From: Clostridia bacterium
GTDB taxonomy: Bacteria > Bacillota > Sulfobacillia > SLMV01
Assembly (NCBI GenBank): GCA_003566675.1
Contig: PXCI01000001.1
Location: 1-48,227 of the forward strand
Reading direction: 5' to 3'
Length of the DNA: 48,227 bases
The position numbers and the translations under genes are program-made. Shown one piece after another: positions 9,261 to 19,109 of the stretch. Positions within the stretch are counted from its first letter, which is position 1, and each line of letters opens with the position of its first letter. Below the pieces are notes generated by a model that made no database searches, was not told where the DNA came from, and saw only the letters and a list, made by a program, of their open reading frames with translations.

Positions 9261-10068
9261 GATCCACCTCCTCAGGTTCAGCCATGATCCTCTTCAACGT
9301 GGCGGTCAGCTTCTCAACGTCGACATCGGTATCGTGGCACGGCCCGTGGGGCCGCTGGTTAACAACACCGATGACCGCAAAACCCCCTACGTCCCGGATC
9401 CCCTCGGTCAGCTCCCTTTCACAGGCAACGGCAACGATGACCTCCGGGCGCGTCTCCTCGACGATCCGGCGTGCCTGCGTCCCCCCCGTGGAAACATGCA
9501 CCGGCAGGTCAATCCCGTCGGTGGCCTCCAGGATCTTGGCGAGGGGACATCGGCCGCAGCGGCGGCAGCGGTTTACATCCTGGCTGACCTTGTGGATGCA
9601 CTCCGCCAGCTGCATGCACCTTGGGATCAGGACCAGGATCCCTGACGGGTCGACGTTCACGACCGTCCTGCTGGTCAGGGCGTTGGTGACGGCAATGAAA
9701 GAGCCCTGGACATCATCCCTCGACCGGCCCAGGATCCTTCCGGCCAAGACCGCCAGGGGCAGTATCAACAATAGGACGCTCTGCATAACTCTCCTGAACG
9801 AGGCCGAGACCCCCCGCTCGGTCCAGATCAGCCAGACAATCGATGTCAGGCCGAGACCGATCAGGAGAATGAACAGGGCGATCCCCAGCTCGAGGATCAG
9901 GACCAGGCCGGCCTTGACCTCGGTCGTGTGTCGAACAAGAACGTATAGTAGGGCACTTCCCATACCAACCACGAGAATCGCTGCTGCAAGGGCCATCTTT
10001 ACGAACAGCCGCTTGGGACGCCCTGTCAGGCTCATGGACCGGGTGCTACCCGTGACCGTTTCACCCAT
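9247..10068 (-). CDS. DUF116 domain protein (N-terminal TM helices, Cys-rich C-terminus)
   Basis: PRCMQxxxC...CRRCGRC...TGGTQAR...VACEREL...GPCHDT; GAGGAGG RBS before ATG 10068. Confidence 0.85.
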   Translation of the reverse strand: MGETVTGSTRSMSLTGRPKRLFVKMALAAAILVVGMGSALLYVLVRHTTEVKAGLVLILELGIALFILLIGLGLTSIVWLIWTERGVSASFRRVMQSVLLLILPLAVLAGRILGRSRDDVQGSFIAVTNALTSRTVVNVDPSGILVLIPRCMQLAECIHKVSQDVNRCRRCGRCPLAKILEATDGIDLPVHVSTGGTQARRIVEETRPEVIVAVACERELTEGIRDVGGFAVIGVVNQRPHGPCHDTDVDVEKLTATLKRIMAEPEEVDHVLL

Positions 10069-11506
10069 GGACTTCCTCCTCAGCACCCCCCAGAATCTCC
10101 CCCGGTTTCATATCATATCCGTTGACAAACTCCTCGACCGAAATCGGCCGTCGACCCGGCACCTGGATCCGACGGAGGACACAGGTGCCATCCCCCGTGC
10201 CCACCTGGATGCCCTCAGGCGCGACGGTCAGAACCTCTCCTGCGCCCCCGGATCCATCATCCTCTGAGGCCAGCAGGATCTTGATCCGATCCCCTCTCCA
10301 CCTCGTCCAGGCTCCCGGCCTGGGTGCAAAGGCCCGGACCTTGTTGACAACGTCCCGGGCGGTCCGGCTCCAGTCAATCTCGGTCTCACCTCGGCTGATC
10401 TTCGGGGCGTAGGTGGCACGATCATCGTCCTGCGGCTCAGATTCGATCCCTCCCCGGGCCAGGGCATCCATGACCTCCAGGACCATATCTCCTCCCAGGG
10501 CGGCCAGGCGATCGTGTAGTGTTCCGGCATCGTCCTCATCGAGCACGGGCAGGGCGCACTGCAGCAGAATGGGGCCGCTGTCCATCCCCTCGTCCATGCT
10601 GATAATAGTGACGCCGGTCTCGGTCTCTCCAGCCATCAGCAGGCGCTGGATCGGAGCGGCACCGCGGTAGCGGGGCAAAAGGGACGCGTGAACGTTGATG
10701 CAGCCCAACCTCGGCAGGTCGAGGGTCTCTCTATTAAGAATCTGCCCGTAAGCAGCGGTGACGATCAGGTCCGGCTCCAGCCAGGTCAGATGACGCACGA
10801 GATCGGCATCATCGGCAGAGGATTCGGGCTGCAGCACGGGTACCCTCGACTCCAACGCCAGCATCTTCACCGGGGACGGCGCAGGCCTCTGCCCCCTTCC
10901 CCGGGGGCGGTCCGGCGCAGTCACAGCACCGACAACGGCACAGTTCGCGTCAACCATCTCATGAAGCACTATGGCGGCAAATTCGGGGGTCCCCATGAAC
11001 ACGACCCGGAGACGGGTCCTGGGATCCATCCGCACGATTTCCTCGCTCCGATCGATGAACAGGTTTCCGTCCAGGTGATCGATCTCGTGACACAGAACTC
11101 GCGCGGCCCACCCCTCAACATTGACAAAGACCCGTTCTCCCTCGCGGTCCTGGGCGGTCACGGTCACCTCGATGGGACGGGCGACCTCACCCATGTAGCC
11201 GGGAACACTCAGGCACCCCTCGAAACCCTTCTCCGACCCCGCCCGGTGCGTGATCTCCGGGTTCACCAATTCCATCAGGCCCTCTCCATAGTCGACGACC
11301 ACGATTCTCTGGGGCACGCCCACCTGCACCGCGGCCAGGCCGACTCCCCTCTGGTGATACATGGTGGTAGCCATCTTGTCTAACAGCTTCCCGAGACTGC
11401 GGTTGAAGCGGGTGACCGGCTGGGACTCTCCCTCGAGAACCGGGTCCCCGACCGTCACGACCTTCATCCGCTTGCTTGGTGGTGATACCTGGCCCGTAAC
11501 CTGCAT
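10061..11506 (-). CDS. fmt: Fused peptide deformylase (N-terminal) + methionyl-tRNA formyltransferase (C-terminal)
   Basis: PDF motifs GVGLAAVQVG, EGCLS and HEIDHLDG run in frame (…IDRSEEIVRMDPRTRLRVVFMGTPEFA…) into Fmt motifs FMGTPEFA, NVHASLLPRYRGAAP and MDEGMDSG. Confidence 0.93.
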   Translation of the reverse strand: MQVTGQVSPPSKRMKVVTVGDPVLEGESQPVTRFNRSLGKLLDKMATTMYHQRGVGLAAVQVGVPQRIVVVDYGEGLMELVNPEITHRAGSEKGFEGCLSVPGYMGEVARPIEVTVTAQDREGERVFVNVEGWAARVLCHEIDHLDGNLFIDRSEEIVRMDPRTRLRVVFMGTPEFAAIVLHEMVDANCAVVGAVTAPDRPRGRGQRPAPSPVKMLALESRVPVLQPESSADDADLVRHLTWLEPDLIVTAAYGQILNRETLDLPRLGCINVHASLLPRYRGAAPIQRLLMAGETETGVTIISMDEGMDSGPILLQCALPVLDEDDAGTLHDRLAALGGDMVLEVMDALARGGIESEPQDDDRATYAPKISRGETEIDWSRTARDVVNKVRAFAPRPGAWTRWRGDRIKILLASEDDGSGGAGEVLTVAPEGIQVGTGDGTCVLRRIQVPGRRPISVEEFVNGYDMKPGEILGGAEEEVHG

Positions 11507-11544
11507 CTTCTCACATCACCCTCACAACCTTCTACTGGACAGGA

Positions 11545-13806
11545 TCACAGCATCTGCGCCGGGTTCACATCGACAATGATGCGGGGATCCTCCCGCCCCA
11601 TACGCATATTGTGCATCACTTCCCTGAGCCCATCAAGGGAGCGACTCAGATCCGGCGTCTTGAGCAGCAGGTGCCAGCGGTACTGGCCCCGCAATCGATC
11701 AAGGGGTGCGGGTGCGGGCCCCATGAACCGGACCTGCCCCTCCGGCTGAACACTGCCCTGCAGGCGGCGACGCACCTCCTGGGCCCACATCTCGACCATG
11801 GGTTCCGTCTCCCCCGACAGGACCAGGCGGACCAGGTCGACAAAGGGAGGATACTGGGCCCGCTGCCGATCGGCCAGCTCCCGGGCGTAAAAGCCCTCAA
11901 GATCTCCCTCCGCAGCGCAGGTGATCGCCGGGTGGTCGGGGCTGGTGGTCTGTATAATCACCTGGCCCGGCCTCCGTCCCCTGCCCGCCCTCCCCGCAAC
12001 CTGGGTCAGAATCTGAAAGGTCCGCTCCGAGCTGCGAAAATCGGGAAAATGAAGGGCGGTGTCAGCATCGACAACGCCGACCAGGGTCACGGCCCTGATA
12101 TCCCAACCCTTGGCGATCATCTGCGTCCCAACGAGAATGTCCAGGTCTCCCCGGGAGAACTGTTCATAGATCTGGCTCCTGGCATCCTTGCGCCGGGCCG
12201 TGTCCGTATCCAGGCGCGCGATCCGGGCGCCTGGGAAGGCCGACCTTGCAGCCGCCTCCACCTTCTGGGTGCCAACTCCCCGGCGGACCACCCGCCCCCT
12301 GCATTCGGGACAGACCCGCGGCACCTCCATCCGGTCGTTGCAGTAGTGGCAGCGCAGTGTCCCGCCATCCCGGTGATAGGTCATCGTCACATTGCAGTCG
12401 CTGCACTTGAAAGTGTGCCCACAGTCGGTACAAACGAGAAAGGAAGAATAACCCCGCTGATTCAAAAATAAAATCGACTGCTCTCCCCGGTCCAGTCTCA
12501 TCTCCAGGGCCTCGTGAAGGGGCCGACTGAAGATACTGTGATGCCCCTGCTTCCATTCCTGGCGCATGTCAACCACGTCAACTGCGGGCATCGGCCGGGC
12601 ATCGATGCGCTCCGGCAGCTGCAGCATCCCGCACGACCCCGCCTCGGTTGCGTAATAGGACTCCAGGCACGGCGTGGCAGAACCCAGGATCACCGTCGCG
12701 CCGGCCATGTCCGCCCGCTTCAGGGCGACATCCCTGGCGTGGTAGCGGGGAGCCGTCTCCTGCTTGTAGGTGCTCTCGTGCTCCTCATCAACGATGATGG
12801 CCCCCAGGTCCGCGATGGGAGCGAAGACCGCTGACCTGGGGCCCAGGGCAACCCGGGCCTCCCCGGAAAACAACCTGTGCCATTCGCCGGCCCGCTCTCC
12901 CCCGGAGAGGGCGCTGTGCAGGACGGCCACCCCATCCCCAAGGCGACCCTTGACCCGGGCGACCATCTGGGGCGTCAGGGAGATCTCCGGCACCATCAGG
13001 ATCGCTCCGCGGCCCCGGGCCAATACCCTTTCGATCACGCGAAGGTAGATCTCGGTCTTGCCGCTGCTGGTGACCCCATACAGCAGAAAGCTTCCCCCAT
13101 CGCCCGCGACGGCCGGGAGGAGTTTCTCCAGGGCTCTGGACTGATCCGAGGTCAGGGAATCGGGGGCGTCATGGCGGTACCTCTGATCGTAGGGACGGGC
13201 TCCGTCGCGAACATCGACCCAACGCAGAAAACCCCGGTTCACCAGGGCATCCACCGTGGACGTGCTCACCCCCGCAAGCTGGGCGAGGCGGGTTCGCTGC
13301 ACGGGCTGTTTCAGATGCGCGGCCTCCATCAACGCCGCAGCCTGCTTTTTGGCCTGGGCCAGCTCCTTGAGGGCCACACGGAGATCCTCAACGGCCAATG
13401 TGAGCCGGCGAACCGTCGGGGGGCCGGTGCGGTCGCGAAAACCGGGCGGCAACATGGACCGCAGCACCTGTACCGGGCTACACAGGTATTCAGACGCCAC
13501 CCATTCCGCCAGTTCGAGATCATCCTCTGACAGGTATCTCGCGTCGGAGACGAGATCGCGGATTTTACGAACGCGGCCCGAATCCGAATCGGCCTCGGCC
13601 CTGAGGTCAACCACAAACCCCCGCACGACCCGCGGCCCGAAGGGGACCCTCACCATGTGGCCCCTCTGCAGTCGGCCCCGCAGGGCAGCGGGAATCTCAT
13701 AGTCAAAAACCTGGGATCGGGAGACCACCTCATCACCGCCCAGGACCGCATCCACAATAATGCTGGCGAATTTTATCTCGGACGTTCCGTCATCTGCATC
13801 CCTCAC
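11545..13806 (-). CDS. priA: Primosomal protein N' (start uncertain, 13806-13845)
   Basis: GVTSSGKT, DEEH, four CxxC pairs and QVAGRAGR. Confidence 0.96.
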   Translation of the reverse strand: MRDADDGTSEIKFASIIVDAVLGGDEVVSRSQVFDYEIPAALRGRLQRGHMVRVPFGPRVVRGFVVDLRAEADSDSGRVRKIRDLVSDARYLSEDDLELAEWVASEYLCSPVQVLRSMLPPGFRDRTGPPTVRRLTLAVEDLRVALKELAQAKKQAAALMEAAHLKQPVQRTRLAQLAGVSTSTVDALVNRGFLRWVDVRDGARPYDQRYRHDAPDSLTSDQSRALEKLLPAVAGDGGSFLLYGVTSSGKTEIYLRVIERVLARGRGAILMVPEISLTPQMVARVKGRLGDGVAVLHSALSGGERAGEWHRLFSGEARVALGPRSAVFAPIADLGAIIVDEEHESTYKQETAPRYHARDVALKRADMAGATVILGSATPCLESYYATEAGSCGMLQLPERIDARPMPAVDVVDMRQEWKQGHHSIFSRPLHEALEMRLDRGEQSILFLNQRGYSSFLVCTDCGHTFKCSDCNVTMTYHRDGGTLRCHYCNDRMEVPRVCPECRGRVVRRGVGTQKVEAAARSAFPGARIARLDTDTARRKDARSQIYEQFSRGDLDILVGTQMIAKGWDIRAVTLVGVVDADTALHFPDFRSSERTFQILTQVAGRAGRGRRPGQVIIQTTSPDHPAITCAAEGDLEGFYARELADRQRAQYPPFVDLVRLVLSGETEPMVEMWAQEVRRRLQGSVQPEGQVRFMGPAPAPLDRLRGQYRWHLLLKTPDLSRSLDGLREVMHNMRMGREDPRIIVDVNPAQML

Positions 13807-15016
13807 CGGTCTTGTGCACCACCCTCTGGACGATGAGACGAGCAAGGGATCGCTTGTGCATCATGGGCAACGACTCCGTGCCACTGCGATCCATGAGCAC
13901 CACGCGGTTCAGATCCGACCCGAATCCTCCGCGCTCCCCTCCAATCCTATTCAGGGCGATCATGTCCATGCCCTTGCGGATGAGTTTGTCCTGCGCCTTG
14001 CCGCAGGCCTCCTCCTCGGACCCCGTCTCCGCGGCGAAACCCAGGATAAAGGGCTCCTCCCGCTCCTGGCTCAGGGTCGAGATGATGTCGGGTGTAAATG
14101 TGAGGGGAGGCAAACCCTCCCCGGTCTTTTTAATCTTGTCGTTGCAGTAGTGGGCCGGCCGGTACTCCGACACCGCCGCCGACATCAGCAAGATGTCGAT
14201 CTCCGGCCATAACTTTAGGCATCTGTCCAGCATTTCCTCGGTGGAGACCACCGAATGACGGCGAACACCCCGGGGACATGGCAGGTTCACAGGTCCAGAG
14301 ACCAGGTCCACGGCGGCTCCCCTCTCCCGGGCAGCCCGTGCCAGGGCATAGCCCATCTTCCCGCTGGACGGATTGGATAAGAAGCGGGCCGGATCAAAGT
14401 ACTCCCTCGTGGGACCGGCGGTCACCAGGACCCTCCTGCCTGCAAGGGCGGTGTCGGCGTATGCCAGGGAAGCGACCTCCTCCTCGAGGAGCTCGGGAGA
14501 GGGCAATCTTCCCCTACCCTCAGCACCGGATGCCAGGCGCCCGACGTCGGGTTCCACCAGCACAAAGCCGAACGCCTCCAACTGGCGACGGTTTCTCTGG
14601 GTCGCGGGATTTTCCCACATCCTGTGGTTCATGGCCGGGGCCATGAGCTTCGGGCCGTCAAAGGCCACGATCAGGGTGCTCAGAAAGTCATCGGCAATGC
14701 CGGCCGCAGCCTTGGCCATGATGTTAGCCGTGGCCGGTATGACGACGAGGATGTCGCATCGCTCTGCCAGTTCGACGTGCTCAACGTTCCAACGTTTCGG
14801 CTCATCAAACAGATCCAGGTGAACCGGGTTGGCCGAGATGGTCCTGAAGGTCAAAGGTGTGACCAACCGGGTGGCGGCCTCCGTCATGACGACGTGGACC
14901 TCGGCCCCCCTCTTTCGGAGCCGGCTGACAACATCCACAGCCTTGTATGCCGCGATTCCGCCGGTCACGCCGAAGAGAATCCTCTTGCCACGAAGATCTC
15001 CCAGCTGTTCACTCAC
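13790..15016 (-). CDS. coaBC: Bifunctional phosphopantothenoylcysteine decarboxylase/synthase
   Basis: GVTGGIAAYK, PATAN, APAMN and TAGPTRE...SNPSSGKMG; GGAGG RBS before GTG 15016. Confidence 0.97.
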   Translation of the reverse strand: MSEQLGDLRGKRILFGVTGGIAAYKAVDVVSRLRKRGAEVHVVMTEAATRLVTPLTFRTISANPVHLDLFDEPKRWNVEHVELAERCDILVVIPATANIMAKAAAGIADDFLSTLIVAFDGPKLMAPAMNHRMWENPATQRNRRQLEAFGFVLVEPDVGRLASGAEGRGRLPSPELLEEEVASLAYADTALAGRRVLVTAGPTREYFDPARFLSNPSSGKMGYALARAARERGAAVDLVSGPVNLPCPRGVRRHSVVSTEEMLDRCLKLWPEIDILLMSAAVSEYRPAHYCNDKIKKTGEGLPPLTFTPDIISTLSQEREEPFILGFAAETGSEEEACGKAQDKLIRKGMDMIALNRIGGERGGFGSDLNRVVLMDRSGTESLPMMHKRSLARLIVQRVVHKTGEGCR

Positions 15017-15040
15017 GGTCTTACCTCCCCACAAACCCAA

Positions 15041-15295
15041 TCACATCTTCTCTGGTTCCTCAGGCAGCCGGACCCTCCCACCTACCTCCCGGGAAACACT
15101 GCTCGTATACCTGAGTCGTCCCTCCCGGAACTCCTTCAGGGCAATCGTTACCGGTTTGGACACAACGGACTCGGTCAGGGGCTTCTCACCGTCATGCAGC
15201 TGCCGAGCACGACGGGCCACCGCGATTGTCAGGGCGTATTTATTCTCTCCCAGCGCCATCAGTTCGTCATAGGATATCTGCCCGGATAAGAGCAA
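15041..15295 (-). CDS. rpoZ: RNA polymerase omega subunit
   Basis: NKYALTIAVARRARQL...KPVTIALKE; position upstream of coaBC. Confidence 0.93.
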   Translation of the reverse strand: MLLSGQISYDELMALGENKYALTIAVARRARQLHDGEKPLTESVVSKPVTIALKEFREGRLRYTSSVSREVGGRVRLPEEPEKM

Positions 15296-15321
15296 AACAC
15301 CCACCTCCTCATAAATGCCAA

Positions 15322-15585
15322 CTATTCACTCACGCCTGTCTGCCGACCGTGAAGACGCCCGGCAACCGTCTCCGGCTGAACGGCCGAAAGGATCACGTGC
15401 CCACTGTCGGTCACGATCACCGCCCGGGTCCGCCTGCCGTACGTGGCATCGATGAGCAGCCCGTCCTCCCGGGCCTCCGAAATCGCCCGCTTGATCGGGG
15501 CGGATTCCGGGCTGACAATTGCGATCACGCGGTTCGCCGAAACCATGTTTCCGAACCCAATGTTCACCAACACGATGCAGCTCAT
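15322..15585 (-). CDS. remA: Extracellular matrix regulator RemA (DUF370)
   Basis: LVNIGFGN...SPESAPIKR...[29 protein letters not shown]. Confidence 0.95.
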   Translation of the reverse strand: MSCIVLVNIGFGNMVSANRVIAIVSPESAPIKRAISEAREDGLLIDATYGRRTRAVIVTDSGHVILSAVQPETVAGRLHGRQTGVSE

Positions 15586-15608
15586 ACGATCACTCCTATC
15601 CTTGCTGT

Positions 15609-16499
15609 CTATTCTATGTTGCGCACCTGCTCGCGAATATCTTCGAGAAGATTCTTCATGTTGATTGCCACCTGGTTCAGCTCGGCATCGGATACCTTCG
15701 CCGCCACCGTGTTCGTCTCTCGCACCATCTCTCCCGCCAGAAACTCCAATTTCCGTCCCGAGGCACCGGAGTCGGCCAATACATCGCCGAACTGCTCCAC
15801 ATGACTGCGAAGGCGAGCTGTCTCCTCCCGGATGCTGGCCCTCTGAACCGCAATGGCGACCTCATTGCGTAGATCCAGATCATCCATGGAAATCCCCTCA
15901 TCATCCAGCAGCTGACGAACGCGCCGGGCGATGGCCTCAAAGCGACGGCTCTCAACCTCGCCAACGGATTCCTCGATCCTCCCCAGCTTCGCCCCGAAGT
16001 CCTCCAACAGGTCCCCCAGGATCCTGCCGAGCGCCCTGCCCTCGCGCAATCGCATCCCGGCGACCTGGTCGATGACCTCCGTCAGGGCATCGTCAAACAT
16101 ACCCCTCAGAGCATCAAGGTCGGGAGGGTTGTCCTCCACCTCCACCACGCCCGGCAATGAGACCAGGTCACGAAGCGCGAGTTCAAAGGGCAGAGCATGA
16201 GCCTCACTGAGTTCCTTCAGAAATCTATAATAGTCTCCCGCCAGTGCAGTGTCAACGCGGGGGCGCCGGCTTCCGCTGCCTCTGACCTCCAGATTCACCG
16301 TGAGGTCAACGCGGCCCCTGCGAATCTTCTCTTCGACCGCCCCCCGGATCTCGTTCTCCCAGGTCTGGGGAATCTGCCGGGAGAGACTGACAGATATATC
16401 CAGGTAGCGGTGATTGAGGGTTCTCATCTCCATCACCAGGTTCAAATTGGCAGCAGTCTTCTCCAGCCGGCCGAAACCGGTCATACTGTTCAGTGACAC
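15609..16499 (-). CDS. yicC: YicC/YloC family endoribonuclease
   Basis: SMTGFGR, NHRYLD, RGRVD, GRKLEFL...RETNT and IREQVRNIE motifs. Confidence 0.95.
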   Translation of the reverse strand: MSLNSMTGFGRLEKTAANLNLVMEMRTLNHRYLDISVSLSRQIPQTWENEIRGAVEEKIRRGRVDLTVNLEVRGSGSRRPRVDTALAGDYYRFLKELSEAHALPFELALRDLVSLPGVVEVEDNPPDLDALRGMFDDALTEVIDQVAGMRLREGRALGRILGDLLEDFGAKLGRIEESVGEVESRRFEAIARRVRQLLDDEGISMDDLDLRNEVAIAVQRASIREETARLRSHVEQFGDVLADSGASGRKLEFLAGEMVRETNTVAAKVSDAELNQVAINMKNLLEDIREQVRNIE

Positions 16500-16500
16500 A

Positions 16501-18135
16501 TCATCGCCTCCCTATAGAGACCAGAATGGCGCCCAGGATCAGGGCACCGATGTAGGACACCATCCCCAGCGCAGGGTAGCCCAGCAGGTACGGTGGACGG
16601 TCGAACTGGATGATCAGGGAGCCCCCGATGATCAATGCGGCAATCAACACAGCCAGGGAGATCCTCTGGGCGATCTTCTCAAGCCCTCCCAGGAAGGACT
16701 CCAGTCCGACGTGCTGGAACTTGATCGAAAACTCTCCCCGGTCGGCGCGATCGACGAGGGAACCCAATTGTCCGGTCCAGTGGGAAAATCGGCGGAGGAG
16801 GCGCCGGATTCCCACCGTGGCCGATGAGCGCAGGTCAGTCCAGTCCCACTTCCTGAACAGGACGGACCGGAGGCGAGGCCGGATCTCGTCGGCTAACCTG
16901 AGGTCCGGATAGATCATGCGGGCCGAGGACTCCGCCGCCACCAGGGCCCGGACCAGGCTGATGTAGGATGCGGGCATGGTAATCCGATGCCGCCGCAGGA
17001 TCTGCATCATGAAAATCAGGACCTGTCCCAGGTTAAACCCCTGCAGGTCCTTGGCATAATTGTGCTCCACCAGTTCCATTAACTCGTGGCGCAGTTCCTG
17101 GACGTTGATGTCACCGCGGGGTTGTCCAATCTCGAGCAGGATCTCCACGAGAAAGGCGTAGTCCCGTTCCATGAGCGCCAGGAACAGGTCGACAAGGTCA
17201 TTGATGCTGCCCTCATCGATCAGGCCCACCATGCCGTAATCGAGGATCGCCAACTTATCCAGGCCGACCACCAGCAGGTTCCCCGGGTGGGGATCTACGT
17301 GATAGGCGCCCAGTTCAAAAACCTGGTGCATGGACATGTCCACGGCCACCCGGGCCAGTTGCCGGCGCCGATCGGGAGGGAAGAAGCTAAGGTCGTCCAC
17401 CCGACGCCCTCGGATGTGCGACAGGGTCAGGACCCGGTCGCCGGAGACCTCCCGGAACACCTGGGGAATCACGATGTTCGGGTCATCGGCAAAACCGGTG
17501 CGAAAGACCTCAACATTGTCCGCCTCGCGTTCGAAGTCCAGTTCTCCCCGCAGTCCACGTCCGAATTCCCGGACCATCCCTGGCAATCCATAGGGCTTTG
17601 CCTCCGAGACGTGTTCGTCGATCAGACCCGCCAGCAGAGCCACGATCTCCATATCCTGCTCGATCGTGCGCGCAATGCCGGGACGCTGGATCTTGACCAC
17701 AACCTTGGTGTCACGGTATACCGCGGTGTGCACCTGGGCTATGGAAGCCGAGGCGAGGGGCTTCTCGCTGAACTCGCTGAAGATCTCATCCGGCGGCGCG
17801 CCCAGTTCATCGGTCACCACCTGCCGGATCTCCTCAAGGGGCACCGGGGCCACGTTCTCCTGGAGGTTCTTCAGCTCATCAATGAAGGCCGGGGGCACGA
17901 GATCATAACGGGTGCTCATCATCTGTCCTGCCTTGACGTACGTGGGACCCAGTTCTTCAAGGGCCAGCCGTGTCTGTCGGGCCAGCTCCTCCCCGGATGT
18001 AGCCACTCCCCTGCGCCGAAAGGACAGGTTAAAGGGCAGCGGCAGCCTCTCCAGGAGCGGGCCGTAGCCGTAGCGCACAAGGATTCTCAGGACATCATGA
18101 AACCGCCTGGCATGTCGTAGTGCAAAGTAGCTCAT
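16501..18135 (-). CDS. AarF/UbiB (ABC1) family atypical kinase with two C-terminal TM helices (start could be 18171)
   Basis: LGPTYVKAGQ (KxGQ), ASASIAQVH, VKIQRP, HVDPHPGN and LDYGM motifs. Confidence 0.92.
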   Translation of the reverse strand: MSYFALRHARRFHDVLRILVRYGYGPLLERLPLPFNLSFRRRGVATSGEELARQTRLALEELGPTYVKAGQMMSTRYDLVPPAFIDELKNLQENVAPVPLEEIRQVVTDELGAPPDEIFSEFSEKPLASASIAQVHTAVYRDTKVVVKIQRPGIARTIEQDMEIVALLAGLIDEHVSEAKPYGLPGMVREFGRGLRGELDFEREADNVEVFRTGFADDPNIVIPQVFREVSGDRVLTLSHIRGRRVDDLSFFPPDRRRQLARVAVDMSMHQVFELGAYHVDPHPGNLLVVGLDKLAILDYGMVGLIDEGSINDLVDLFLALMERDYAFLVEILLEIGQPRGDINVQELRHELMELVEHNYAKDLQGFNLGQVLIFMMQILRRHRITMPASYISLVRALVAAESSARMIYPDLRLADEIRPRLRSVLFRKWDWTDLRSSATVGIRRLLRRFSHWTGQLGSLVDRADRGEFSIKFQHVGLESFLGGLEKIAQRISLAVLIAALIIGGSLIIQFDRPPYLLGYPALGMVSYIGALILGAILVSIGRR

Positions 18136-18149
18136 CCAACCACCAAATC

Positions 18150-19043
18150 CTATTCCGTGTTCTCCTCGCACTTATCATCAGGGGGAAGCAGGGTCGCCCG
18201 CGGTACGATTACGCTGCCGCGGAAACTCTCGCGCACCGGTCCGGTGAGGTGAAGCTCCTCCGCACCATCCCAGCTCACCGAGAGGCGCCCGCCCGGCATC
18301 GTCACCTCCACCGGAGACTCGCACCGGCCACGCCTGATCGCCCAGATCGCAGCGGCACACGCTCCGGTGCCGCAGGACAGGGTGATCCCGGAGCCCCGCT
18401 CCCACACACGCGCCTGAATGTGATGTCGATCAACGACCGTCACCAGCTCCACATTGGTTTTCATCGGAAAGAGGGCATGTTCCTCCAACAGGGGCCCCAG
18501 GGTTTCCAGATCTACCGCGTAGGGATCTCGCACGAAGATCACGCAGTTGGGGTTGCCCACTCGAACGCCGTAGACGGGAATCGTGTGTCCCTCCAGCCTC
18601 AGGGAGACGCCCGCACCCAGGAGACGGGGATTGCCCGCCATGGGTATTTCGCCCCGCAGGAATCCCGGTGGGGGCATGGTAACGTCCACGCTGCACACAT
18701 CGTCGCACTCCGAAACCTCCAGCGTCACCTCGCCCGCCCGGGTGCTGACGGTGAAGGTGGAGCCAGAGGCAAGTCCATGATCCCAGGCGTACAGGCCCAG
18801 GCACCGAACCCCGTTACCGCACATATCCCCCTCGCTGCCGTCAGCATTGAAGATCCTCATCTCGAAGTCGGCTTCCTCCGAGGGCAGAATCAGGATGAGA
18901 CCATCCGATCCGACGCCCCGGTGGCGATCGGCAAGAATTGACGACAGGATCGACCAGTCAATCCGGGGCAGTCTCTTGCTGACCCCGTCCAAATATATGT
19001 AGTCGTTACCCGCCGCTTCCATTTTGACAAAGGAAAGACGCAC
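18150..19043 (-). CDS. dapF: Diaminopimelate epimerase
   Basis: KMEAAGNDY, NADGSEGDMCGNG and VWERGSGITLSCGTG with both catalytic Cys. Confidence 0.96.
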   Translation of the reverse strand: MRLSFVKMEAAGNDYIYLDGVSKRLPRIDWSILSSILADRHRGVGSDGLILILPSEEADFEMRIFNADGSEGDMCGNGVRCLGLYAWDHGLASGSTFTVSTRAGEVTLEVSECDDVCSVDVTMPPPGFLRGEIPMAGNPRLLGAGVSLRLEGHTIPVYGVRVGNPNCVIFVRDPYAVDLETLGPLLEEHALFPMKTNVELVTVVDRHHIQARVWERGSGITLSCGTGACAAAIWAIRRGRCESPVEVTMPGGRLSVSWDGAEELHLTGPVRESFRGSVIVPRATLLPPDDKCEENTE

Positions 19044-19109
19044 ACTGCACCTCCTCACATCTAAGTTTGTCGTACGCAGCGGCTGTTCATTTGAGCCAAT
19101 TCTACCATC

